Below are positions 10,821 to 22,738 of a stretch of DNA of 36,912 nucleotides, piece after piece; positions within the stretch are counted from its first letter, which is position 1; every line of letters starts with the position of its first letter. The notes beneath the pieces were generated by a model, which was not told the origin of the DNA, ran no database searches, and saw nothing but the letters and a program-made list of their open reading frames with translations. The translations under genes were made by a program, and so were the position numbers. The stretch lies in NCBI RefSeq assembly GCF_001194135.2, contig NC_068984.1:7719042-7755953 (forward strand). The letters run 5' to 3'. This DNA is from Octopus bimaculoides (lineage: Eukaryota).

Positions 10821-10861
<41 letters not shown>

Positions 10862-12374
10862 NNNNNNNNNNNNNNNNNNNNNNNNNNNNNNNNNNNNNNN
10901 NNNNNNNNNNNNNNNNNNNNNNNNNNNNNNNNNNNNNNNNNNNNNNNNNNNNNNNNNNNNNNNNNNNNNNNNNNNNNNNNNNNNNNNNNNNNNNNNNNNN
11001 NNNNNNNNNNNNNNNNNNNNNNNNNNNNNNNNNNNNNNNNNNNNNNNNNNNNNNNNNNNNNNNNNNNNNNNNNNNNNNNNNNNNNNNNNNNNNNNNNNNN
11101 NNNNNNNNNNNNNNNNNNNNNNNNNNNNNNNNNNNNNNNNNNNNNNNNNNNNNNNNNNNNNNNNNNNNNNNNNNNNNNNNNNNNNNNNNNNNNNNNNNNN
11201 NNNNNNNNNNNNNNNNNNNNNNNNNNNNNNNNNNNNNNNNNNNNNNNNNNNNNNNNNNNNNTCTTCTTCTTCTTCTTCTTCTTCTTCATCTCTCTGCTAA
11301 TTTATTCATCTTCTAACCACAATTTTTATTTATTTTTGTCCTCCACCCCACCCCACCACCCCCGATATAAGTAAAAAAAAAAACAAACAATGTCTGGAAG
11401 ACGCATAATGTAAAAGTGCACCTTTTGATGCAAGTCTGCAGTGCCATTCTGATGTCTAAAACCGCAACCATTACGTAAAACTTTTAATTCGCGTTTTTGC
11501 GTAAGCTGGTATTTCTAGTAGAGTTGATGCAGAAACAATTGTAACGAATATATTAAAGATGTGTTTGAAATTCTTTTGTCTTATCATTTGGATTATAATT
11601 TGCTTTTCACCAAATCTACATAACGGTGTTAATGTCGGGAAACTAGGATTTTCTACACTTGAAAAATTTCCGCATTGGTCTGGAACAAGACAGTGTTTTA
11701 TAGACCAGTATTCGGGTTGAGTGCTTCTCAGGAAATCCCCCACCTTTATACCCTACCAGGACCTAAGATTACACACACACACACGTATTTATATGAATAT
11801 GTGCCTTGTATTACTCTTTTTATACTCAGAAGCAATCGTCCATAAATATTCTATCTCGCTGAATTGTCATACTTTTTTAATAAATATACACGTCTACCGG
11901 GATTTATTCTCAATAATTGTTCTTTTGTTTCAAACAAATATATCAAACCTGTTATTTGGAATTTGCTGAGAGTTTCCACGTGAAAACTTCACCGACATTC
12001 CTTGTGTTCAAATATACGTACACGTTTAACATAATTTTTTTTTTCTCTTCATTTTATCTATCTCCAGGGTGTTTCCCATAGAAACGGCATGGCTAGTTGT
12101 TTTAGCAATAACACGCGCAACATTGGCATGTAGTACCTTAATGAAGTTTGTACACCTGTTGATCATGTGTAATATCTTTTACAGATATCTAACATAATCA
12201 AACATTACCGCTCGCGCCTTGGAGGGTTAAGCGTTTCTAGTATTTCTTTTGTTCAGATACATTGTAGTCGCCTCCTATTCTTAGATTAAAAATTTCCTAC
12301 ACTTCAAAATGTGACGGTTATGTATCCAAGTGACGGTTCATTTCCTATCATTATATTCACCTTTTCCTTTAACG

Positions 12375-12660
12375 TGCTGGGGAAAATGTTCAGCGGCATT
12401 TCATCCGTATATACGTTCCGGCATGGACCCAGGGCAGGTAACGCCCATCATTGTTTGGTTGTTGTTTGTCCCACCACCACTTCACTACCTGTGTTGGTTT
12501 GTTGACGTTTCCCCTAACGTAAAGACCTTATAGAATAAGTGAGTCAATTCAAAAAATTCTAAGTACCGGTGACGATTTGTTCAGCTAAACCTCTTCAAGA
12601 CAATGCTCCAGTATGGCCGTATCTCAGTGAGTGACGCAAATAAAACAAGACGAAAGAAAA
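12375..12660 (+). mobile_element. Diverged SINE fragments (family C-like head, family B-like tail)
   Basis: aaaatgttcagcggcatttc head fragment. tagaataagt, gatttgttcagctaaa and gctccagtatggccg match the tail at 27878-28075. Confidence 0.6.
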
Positions 12661-12937
12661 GACACCAATATCTCGATGGCTTTCAGACAAGTCTGTACTT
12701 TCATTCTTCGTTTTATGCCCAGTTCGTTCCATGGAGGAAACAATTTTCTAATTTAATGTGAACTTCCGTCGTTCTGTTAGACATAAACGTTTGTAATTCT
12801 TTGAAGAAAATAGGCATGGAATGGTAGGGTATGTATATGTAAGTATACATTTTGCTTTTGCACATGCGCATGTACGTATGGACTTATGTGTGTATGGACA
12901 TTTGGTGTGCATACCCGATGGGTTCTATAGGAGTTAA

Positions 12938-12971
<34 letters not shown>

Positions 12972-13834
12972 NNNNNNNNNNNNNNNNNNNNNNNNNNNNN
13001 NNNNNNNNNNNNNNNNNNNNNNNNNNNNNNNNNNNNNNNNNNNNNNNNNNNNNNNNNNNNNNNNNNNNNNNNNNNNNNNNNNNNNNNNNNNNNNNNNNNN
13101 NNNNNNNNNNNNNNNNNNNNNNNNNNNNNNNNNNNNNNNNNNNNNNNNNNNNNNNNNNNNNNNNNNNNNNNNNNNNNNNNNNNNNNNNNNNNNNNNNNNN
13201 NNNNNNNNNNNNNNNNNNNNNNNNNNNNNNNNNNNNNNNNNNNNNNNNNNNNNNNNNNNNNNNNNNNNNNNNNNNNNNNNNNNNNNNNNNNNNNNNNNNN
13301 NNNNNNNNNNNNNNNNNNNNNNNNNNNNNNNNNNNNNNNNNNNNNNNNNNNNNNNNNNNNNNNNNNNNNNNNNNNNNNNNNNNNNNNNNNNNNNNNNNNN
13401 NNNNNNNNNNNNNNNNNNNNNNNNNNNNNNNNNNNNNNNNNNNNNNNNNNNNNNNNNNNNNNNNNNNNNNNNNNNNNNNNNNNNNNNNNNNNNNNNNNNN
13501 NNNNNNNNNNNNNNNNNNNNNNNNNNNNNNNNNNNNNNNNNNNNNNNNNNNNNNNNNNNNNNNNNNNNNNNNNNNNNNNNNNNNNNNNNNNNNNNNNNNN
13601 NNNNNNNNNNNNNNNNNNNNNNNNNNNNNNNNNNNNNNNNNNNNNNNNNNNNNNNNNNNNNNNNNNNNNNNNNNNNNNNNNNNNNNNNNNNNNNNNNNNN
13701 NNNNNNNNNNNNNNNNNNNNNNNNNNNNNNNNNNNNNNNNNNNNNNNNNNNATATATATATATATATATGTATGTATGTATGTGTGTATGTATGTATGTA
13801 TGTATGGTATTGGTAACACACAGACCCCATATTA

Positions 13835-13882
<48 letters not shown>

Positions 13883-14206
13883 TAAACACATATATGGACC
13901 TTTGAATAGAGACATTTGCGATTACTGTGGAAGCTGAAGCTGAATGCCGAATGGAATAGCTAACTGAGATAAAACATGCAAGCCTTGTAACACACTGCCA
14001 TAGGAAAAGCCAAACATTAAATGAAGTGAACATATATATTTTTAGAAATTCTCTATCAGGAATACCCACAGACCTGTAGATTCGTTATATATAAAGTTAT
14101 ATACACCCAGAGCATACTAACCTAAAAAAATACATATTGAATTATATTCTACAGGTATAGTAGGACTCTTGAGTATATGAGGATTTATGTTTATCAATGT
14201 ATACAG

Positions 14207-14256
<50 letters not shown>

Positions 14257-14288
14257 GCGTGTGCGTGTGTGTTTGTCCATGTGGGCAT

Positions 14289-14441
14289 CTGTTTGTTCTT
14301 CACTTCCGCTAGACAACCGGTGCTGTCTGTCTACGTCCATTTTTTTTCATTGCCTGGCACTATCCATCTCTTTTACTAAGTTTCAAGGGACGTAAACACA
14401 TCAACACCGGTTGTCAAGCGGTAGTGAGGGAAAATACACAG
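14289..14441. repeat. Two family B tail fragments in inverted orientation, 49 nt apart
   Basis: ccgctagacaaccggtgctgtctgtctacgtcc (14289-14338, plus) versus ggacgtaaacacatcaacaccggttgtcaagcgg (14388-14441, minus). Confidence 0.75.
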
Positions 14442-14712
14442 ATACAAAGATACACACACAAATACATACACAATCATGATTTCTTGATGAACTTACAATA
14501 ATTATAAATTTATTTTACTACCTATTTTGAACACTTTTATGTAAACTGTTTAAACAAAACACCCCTCTTAGCATTTTCTTATCCTTGTCAAAGATTCTAC
14601 TTTTAGTTATTTTCTTATCATTATCATTATATATATATATATATGACACACTGTCTGCGTCCTTATAATTTCGGACAAGGGAGTTTAGCGTCCCCACTCA
14701 TCCATCTCAGAG

Positions 14713-14993
14713 CAATATCTGTGTACCAGTGATTTCTGGGTTATTTCTTTTCATCAGTACAGAATAGCCGCTTGGCTAGAGATGGCACCACCAAACTTTT
14801 GTTCGAAGTATATGATTTTCAAAGTGACACACAGTCAGAAATCTAATAAATAGAAAATTATTATTTCTAAATCTCTAAACAAGAGTCATTCAGTAACAGT
14901 ACTCTAGAAATGGTGCCGGTAAACTCTTATTCGAACGGTTATTCTATACTGATGAAGCGAAATAACCCAGAAACCATTAGTACACAAATATTG
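14713..14993. repeat. 58-bp inverted repeat pair, each arm a decayed hammerhead-like motif
   Basis: 14713-14770 versus 14936-14993 matches at 50 of 58 by hand alignment. Each arm reads CTGATGA..aaataaccca-GAAA-(ccattag or tcactgg)-TA-caca. Confidence 0.7.
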
Positions 14994-15316
14994 TACACAG
15001 GTATATCGTATACCCAGCTGGAGACGATGTTTGCTGAGACTCAATAAAAGTAACAATCGTCCTAACCAGGACTGCTATATTATATGTGTGTGTGCATGTG
15101 TCGGTGTTTGGGTTTCTGCTTACCTGTGTAAACATATGCGTCCACCAACCGTCCCTTTATCTCAGTTACATAAACAAGCGGTTCGATAAACTATGTTAGA
15201 GCAATTTTACACCATACCCGAAAGGAATAACTAACATAGAGAAGATACTGCTCTAGCTTGGCCGCAGCCCAATGTATGATACAAGTGAAAGATGAATGAA
15301 AGAGAAAAATGAAGGA

Positions 15317-15392
15317 AAATGAAGCTTAAACCACAAATGAAGCTTCAACCACAAATGAAGCTTAAACCACAAATGAAGCTTAAACCACAAAT
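15317..15392. repeat. 18-bp minisatellite x4 (aaatgaagcttaaaccac)
   Basis: Four adjacent units with one substitution. Confidence 0.95.
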
Positions 15393-17026
15393 ATTATTAT
15401 AAAAATCCATGATGGGATATTTATTACAATTACGATAATGCAAATTAATGATTCTCGGCTTTGTATAGAAATATATATTAAATTGTACAATAGAATTTAT
15501 GAAAACAGCTTCAACATAAATCTGCGGGTCTACATTACCATTAAGTGTAATTTTCTGATTAAATGATGCGTGTGCTAATTGAGAATATGCAATCATTTTC
15601 GCGAAACATATGCATGTGCGTTTGCATGTGTGTGTCGTGTGTGTGTACGCGTGGGTTTGCATGTGTTTGCGGTGTTTGCCTGTGTATGTGTGTTTGCATG
15701 TATGTATATATATTCATCTGTAAATTCAAGAGAAGCATTCGTACATCTTGCTATACACCCAGGTTATGCTGTATATCCGTGTACATGTGTGCGTGTTTGC
15801 TTGTAAATTAAGCGTATGGTAAATGTTATGTATGCATGTATGTATGTATATATGCATGTATGCATGTTTGTATGTATGCATGCATGTATGTATGTATGTA
15901 TGTATGTATTTTCGTATGTATGTACGTGTGTGGCTGTTTGTCTGCGCATGAATAAACAAACTATTCAAAATCATACATTAAATCTACACTTCTTGCATAT
16001 ACATACAAGAACGTGTACTGAGACGCATATGAAGTTATGAGACGTTTATACACACCATGCTTATATACACAATGTTCATATACACAATGTACATGAGAGC
16101 TTTTCTCACACATGTATGTATGTATTCATGTATGTATGTAAAGAAGTGTGTGTTTGTTTAAATATTCTATATATGTTTGTATATATAGAAGTGTGTATGT
16201 GTTTATAAATATTTTATATACATATGCCTATGCCTATAAAAGAATGTGTATGTGTCTATAAATGTTCCGTGTATATATGTGTGTCTCTATAATGTGCATG
16301 TGTATGTATGAAGGTTCTATACACATGTGTGTATATAAAGAATTGTGAATGTGTGTGTATTTGTGCGCGTATATGTGTGAATAAATGTGTGTGCTTGTGC
16401 GTCAATATGTCTTTCGACAGCAGCCATTTTGCGATCTCGCTTGATTTCATAAATTTGATGTATAAATTGTCTTTGTTCGGTAAATTTGGGAGAAATATCC
16501 ACGTGATTTTATGAATAATACAAACTGAAAACATCTCGCCAAAATTAACGCACCGGGAAGTAATTCTTTATCCCAGAAGGACATGATTTTTATGAGATCT
16601 AACTTTTATTACTTTTAATTAAATCTGACGCATTGTCGATCCAACGTGACACTCGCTTCATGGTCGTTAGAAATAGCAGCCAAATTACCCTCGAATATCA
16701 CTTATCAATTTGTCTTCCATAATAAAGAACACGATGGGTAATAAAATTTGTGATCTCTATCTATCTATCTATCTATATTTATTGTCGATTGGATAAGTTT
16801 AGTTTCTTTGGGGAGGTCATTGCACTCAGAATCTTAGATCACGCACCAGGTGTTGTGTTCTTCAGCAAAGCAATTCATTTCGCTCTGCTATCAATCCGTT
16901 CAGCTGTAAAGGAGTAGACCCAGTGGTTGCGGGCATGGCATTTAGGGTCAAACTTTTGACCTCAGTCACTTGTACGTCACAGAAAGCGAATAACCGGTTC
17001 TCTGTGTCCTAAGACTCAAAACAGTC

Positions 17027-17063
<37 letters not shown>

Positions 17064-17791
17064 TNNNNNNNNNNNNNNNNNNNNNNNNNNNNNNNNNNNN
17101 NNNNNNNNNNNNNNNNNNNNNNNNNNNNNNNNNNNNNNNNNNNNNNNNNNNNNNNNNNNNNNNGGAGGAGGAGGACTTTTGCTTTCCTTTTGCTTTTCGG
17201 ATTCAACAGAAACCATTTGTCAGTGCAGAAAATGGATGGTTGAATAACAATGTGTTGAAACATTTTCTGCTTGCCCACGATAACGAAATATGCTTATTGT
17301 CCTGTCTGTATTAAACTGCTCCACCTTATGTCCCAGCTGTTCCTATCAATCACCTTTCACCAGGGTAACAGGTTGTGGACAGACGGATCGAAGTGGAGCA
17401 AGCTATGCTACATTTAACGAACGTAATGCTGACGTTGGAAAAACCCAACATCGAAACTGAGTTCTGTTAGAAATCACTGAAGCCATAGATTCGCTTCAAC
17501 AGTTCTAATACAACAAATCGGATTCAGCAGAAACCATTTGTTGTGTTTTAACTATTTTGTTGAACCACCGAGGAAAAATTATGTAAATTAAAACATTATT
17601 TTAATCAAAATTTTCATTAATAGCAATTTTAGAAAATCGCTATTGAGAAGTAGGAAACGCTAATATATATGTGCATGGATATATATATATACATACATAC
17701 ATGTGTGTGTGTGTGTATGTGCATGTGTGTATGGTGTATGTATGTATACATATGTATACGCAGACACGAACACGCTGATATATATATACAA

Positions 17792-17826
<35 letters not shown>

Positions 17827-18418
17827 GAAATTTGCTACGTGAACTGAAACTAATCGGAAAAAATTAAAATCAAAAATCAAATATATATTCAAATATTTAA
17901 CATAATTAATAGATTTTAAGTGAGCCACTAAAACGAATTTCTTTCTCTTTTCTTTTCATTTTTTTTTTCTTTTTTTAATTTTTTTCTATTTTTTTTTTTT
18001 TGCTAAAAGGCAAATGAAAATAGAAAAACAGAGAAAATAGAATCAATAATTTGCATTTTAATTACGACTCCAAATGAGAATAGTTTCTTTAACAAATTCA
18101 TATTATCTTTGGAAATATGCAAAATCATATTCGCACGTGGATGTACGCGTTATACACAGGCACACACACACATACACACACACACACACAAACACACACT
18201 CGCACATATATATATATATACATGTATATATACAAACATATATGCGGAGGAGTGGACGAACGAAAGAAAGAGTCGATCACACTTTTAGAACGTGTTACAT
18301 ATATTATTATTGGAAACAGTTTGATTCGGTTTGATGCGACTTACAGTTTCGCCGGCTTCTAACAGTAACCCGGATCCTTCAGGCTAAGAATGGTGTTTGT
18401 ATGTGTGTGTGTCCAAGT

Positions 18419-18805
18419 AGCTTACACATAGTTTCTGTCTACCGTATTCCTTCACAAGGCATTGGGCATCCCGGGGTTATAGTACAAGGTGTTCAAAACG
18501 ACTGTCAGCAGCGAATATTTTTTTCATCTTGTGCATCCCCATGGCGCTACTTCAAGAGTTTTTTGGTGAACGGATTATTTCGAAGGGACTTTGGCCACCA
18601 AGGTCACCCGATTTAACACCGCCAGACTTTTTTTTCTGGGGAGCAAGTAAAGAAATAAAGGATCAGTGTACAAGAATCGCCCGAACACCATTAAATACTT
18701 ACTGTGGAGAGATGTTTTGAACATCTTGTAGAAGATGCTTGCCTAAGCTGCTGCGAAGTGAGACCGAACACGAAAGGACGTGACTGCAAAGCGAATACCT
18801 GCGCC
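18419..18805 (-). mobile_element. SINE family B split by a mariner-derived insertion
   Basis: Removing 18485-18728 and one TA restores ggcaagcatcttcTActataaccccggg, matching ggcaagtgtcttctactatagcctcgg at about 10738-10763. Confidence 0.8.
18485..18728 (+). mobile_element. Internally deleted Tc1/mariner (DDxD) element, 244 bp
   Basis: TIRs caaggtgttcaaaac and gttttgaacatcttg (14 of 15), TA on both sides. Internal frame MALLQEFFGERIISKGLWPPRSPDLTPPDFFFWG. Confidence 0.9.
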
Positions 18806-20265
18806 TGAAATTCTGAGATTCTATGTCTAAGATTCAATGATATGCAAATAATTGGAAAAGCCGATGGTATCTTGAAGTTTTCTCGATTGAAATATAATGA
18901 ATATGTGAGGTAGATAAGGACTTTATTAATTAAAAGATAAGATAGATGGAGTTGGAGAGGAGAGCGATTGAGTATTCATAGAAGGAGCACTGACGAAAGA
19001 GTATCAGGAACAGCAGTCAAAATAGAACAGGTTATGGTGCAATAAGGGCTGTTAAGGGGTGGTTTGAAGCGGTTGTATTTTGAGTTGAAGGGACAAAAAT
19101 AGAAAAGCAGGTGAGAGAATGAAAGAATATGTAAAAGAATAAGAGAAAGGGGTGAGGAAGTACCGGAGCAGAAAATGGAAGTGGGGAAGGTGTTGAGGCA
19201 GCAGTGAAGGGAGAAGAGGAGGAGGAGGAGGAGGAGGANNNNNNNNNNNNNNNNNNNNNNNNNNNNNNNNNNNNNNNNNNNNNNNNNNNNNNNNNNNNNN
19301 NNNNNNNNNNNNNNNNNNNNNNNNNNNNNNNNNNNNNNNNNNNNNNNNNNNNNNNNNNNNNNNNNNNNNNNNNNNNNNNNNNNNNNNNNNNNNNNNNNNN
19401 NNNNNNNNNNNNNNNNNNNNNNNNNNNNNNNNNNNNNNNNNNNNNNNNNNNNNNNNNNNNNNNNNNNNNNNNNNNNNNNNNNNNNNNNNNNNNNNNNNNN
19501 NNNNNNNNNNNNNNNNNNNNNNNNNNNNNNNNNNNNNNNNNNNNNNNNNNNNNNNNNNNNNNNNNNNNNNNNNNNNNNNNNNNNNNNNNNNNNNNNNNNN
19601 NNNNNNNNNNNNNNNNNNNNNNNNNNNNNNNNNNNNNNNNNNNNNNNNNNNNNNNNNNNNNNNNNNNNNNNNNNNNNNNNNNNNNNNNNNNNNNNNNNNN
19701 NNNNNNNNNNNNNNNNNNNNNNNNNNNNNNNNNNNNNNNNNNNNNNNNNNNNNNNNNNNNNNNNNNNNNNNNNNNNNNNNNNNNNNNNNNNNNNNNGAGG
19801 AGGAGGAGGAGGTGCGATATTAGGTTGTGTAACAAAAACGGGGAGGAGTAAGAGGAACAAGAGGAAGAGGAGCGAGATGGAAAAGATAAAGGGTGGAGTA
19901 TGTAGTATTATATGATACGGAGAGAGAGAGCGAGAGAGAGAGCGAGAGAGAGAGAGAGACAGAGAGAGAGACTAAGGGTGAAACAGGAGAGGGTGTTAGA
20001 GAGAAGAAAGATAAGAAATACGAGGTTGAAGGTTACGGGTGGGGGGAGATGGGGATGGTGAGATATATAGAGGAAGAGGGAAGAGGGAGGAGGTTTATTG
20101 TATTCTGCAGGTGGGTATGAAGGTATGAACCCCATCTTGTGCAGCAATATTAAAATGCATAAAGATACATATATACATATATATACATAGGTAAATTGAA
20201 AATTAGAGGTAATACTTGACAATTGTAAGCACCTGTGTATTCCAGCTAGTGGTTGCGGTGAAAGA

Positions 20266-20628
20266 ATAAATTGTAAATCCAAAACACAAAAAATAACAAC
20301 AAAACTACAAAGGATTCTGTGGTACACGTGTTTCAAGCTCTACATGTGTATAATATATAATATAATATAACATAATATAATATGTGTATAATCTACAATG
20401 TAAAGTTATCCTCAGCCGCGAAATTATCTCTCTCCCAGGAAATTATACCATCTCGACGTTGAAGTAAGAAGAAATGTGTGATGTAAGAGGTGAAGATCCT
20501 TTCAGTATTCTATATAGTACTCTATCTGGTATAATTCTCCATTATACACATGTAGAGCTTGAAACACGTGTACCGCGGAATCCTTTGTAGTTTTGTTGTT
20601 ATTGTTTTGTTTGGGATTTACAATTTAT
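20266..20628. mobile_element. MITE/foldback-like unit with about 88-bp inverted arms
   Basis: 20266-20354 versus the reverse complement of 20541-20628 is over 90 percent identical, with a 186-bp spacer. TA at both outer ends is possible. Confidence 0.75.
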
Positions 20629-22704
20629 ATATACANNNNNNNNNNNNNNNNNNNNNNNNNNNNNNNNNNNNNNNNNNNNNNNNNNNNNNNNNNNNNNNNN
20701 NNNNNNNNNNNNNNNNNNNNNNNNNNNNNNNNNNNNNNNNNNNNNNNNNNNNNNNNNNNNNNNNNNNNNNNNNNNNNNNNNNNNNNNNNNNNNNNNNNNN
20801 NNNNNNNNNNNNNNNNNNNNNNNNNNNNNNNNNNNNNNNNNNNNNNNNNNNNNNNNNNNNNNNNNNNNNNNNNNNNNNNNNNNNNNNNNNNNNNNNNNNN
20901 NNNNNNNNNNNNNNNNNNNNNNNNNNNNNNNNNNNNNNNNNNNNNNNNNNNNNNNNNNNNNNNNNNNNNNNNNNNNNNNNNNNNNNNNNNNNNNNNNNNN
21001 NNNNNNNNNNNNNNNNNNNNNNNNNNNNNNNNNNNNNNNNNNNNNNNNNNNNNNNNNNNNNNNNNNNNNNNNNNNNNNNNNNNNNNNNNNNNNNNNNNNN
21101 NNNNNNNNNNNNNNNNNNNNNNNNNNNNNNNNNNNNNNNNNNNNNNNNNNNNNNNNNNNNNNNNNNNNNNNNNNNNNNNNNNNNNNNNNNNNNNNNNNNN
21201 NNNNNNNNNNNNNNNNNNNNNNNNNNNNNNNNNNNNNNNNNNNNNNNNNNNNNNNNNNNNNNNNNNNNNNNNNNNNNNNNNNNNNNNNNNNNNNNNNNNN
21301 NNNNNNNNNNNNNNNNNNNNNNNNNNNNNNNNNNNNNNNNNNNNNNNNNNNNNNNNNNNNNNNNNNNNNNNNNNNNNNNNNNNNNNNNNNNNNNNNNNNN
21401 NNNNNNNNNNNNNNNNNNNNNNNNNNNNNNNNNNNNNNNNNNNNNNNNNNNNNNNNNNNNNNNNNNNNNNNNNNNNNNNNNNNNNNNNNNNNNNNNNNNN
21501 NNNNNNNNNNTATATATGCACGTATATATTCACACATACGAACACACGCATATATTGGGATAGTATGGAATAATTGTATGCGTTTTAATGTGTGTTCCTA
21601 GTCACCTACAAGTATTTATATAATTTTGAATGAGTTTTGTGTGTGTGTGTGTGTGTGTGTGCTAGAGACTACTGTCAGGTATTAACACAAGTCGATTTTG
21701 GTTCAGTTTACGCTTGTATGAATATGAGCACACACGAATAAGTTGCAGCTTGCGCATTCGCTTAAGTTTGTGTGTGTATGTGTGTGTGTCTGTGCGTTTA
21801 TGTGTGTGTGTGTATGTTCGGAGAGAGAGTAAAAGATAGATAGATGGATTGATAGAGAGAGAGACAGAGAGAGCAAGATTCGCGATGGTGGAATGTAGTA
21901 CACATGCACCGCAGAGCATAAAAGGAAAAAAATATATTAAGAGGTGGTGCGACTGAATGAGCGAAACAGAGACAGGCAGACAGACAGGCAGGCAAGCAGC
22001 GGGAAATCAGTCAGAGGCATACACACAGAGAAACGCGTATACATTTGTCTGACTGTGTATATAGATATATGTGTATGGCTATACAACATAGAGAAATGTG
22101 GTCGCGACCGTATATATATATATCTATATATATATATATATATATATATATTCATTTTGGTATTTATGGGAGGAACTGTCTTTGAAGACTCATATTGTCG
22201 TTGAATGCTCAAAATGAGGCGTTGATAGACAGCCGACAAATGATGAAGGGTCATTCTTTGTGTTACTTGTCCTGTTTTCCATTCTTGTCTCTCGTTGTTT
22301 GCGTATTTAATTCATTTGTTTCNNNNNNNNNNNNNNNNNNNNNNNNNNNNNNNNNNNNNNNNNNNNNNNNNNNNNNNNNNNNNNNNNNNNNNNNNNNNNN
22401 NNNNNNNNNNNNNNNNNNNNNNNNNNNNNNNNNNNNNNNNNNNNNNNNNNNNNNNNNNNNNNNNNNNNNNNNNNNNNNNNNNNNNNNNNNNNNNNNNNNN
22501 NNNNNNNNNNNNNNNNNNNNNNNNNNNNNNNNNNNNNNNNNNNNNNNNNNNNNNNNNNNNNNNNNNNNNNNNNNNNNNNNNNNNNNNNNNNNNNNNNNNN
22601 NNNNNNNNNNNNNNNNNNNNNNNNNNNNNNNNNNNNNNNNNNNNNNNNNNNNNNNNNNNNNNNNNNNNNNNNNNNNNNNNNNNNNNNNNNNNNNNNNNNN
22701 NNNN

Positions 22705-22738
<34 letters not shown>

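Noticed and set aside
17425-17470. Hairpin gacgttgg/ccaacatc followed by GAAACTGAGTT, plus two nearby gaaaccatttg repeats (about 17200, 17520)
   Set aside because: It would require a deletion within the core and stem I is missing. Too degenerate to call.
18990-18996. Other CTGANGA matches (18990 plus; 6731, 8100, 25082 minus)
   Set aside because: No correctly placed stem II, GAAA, stem III and UH follow them.
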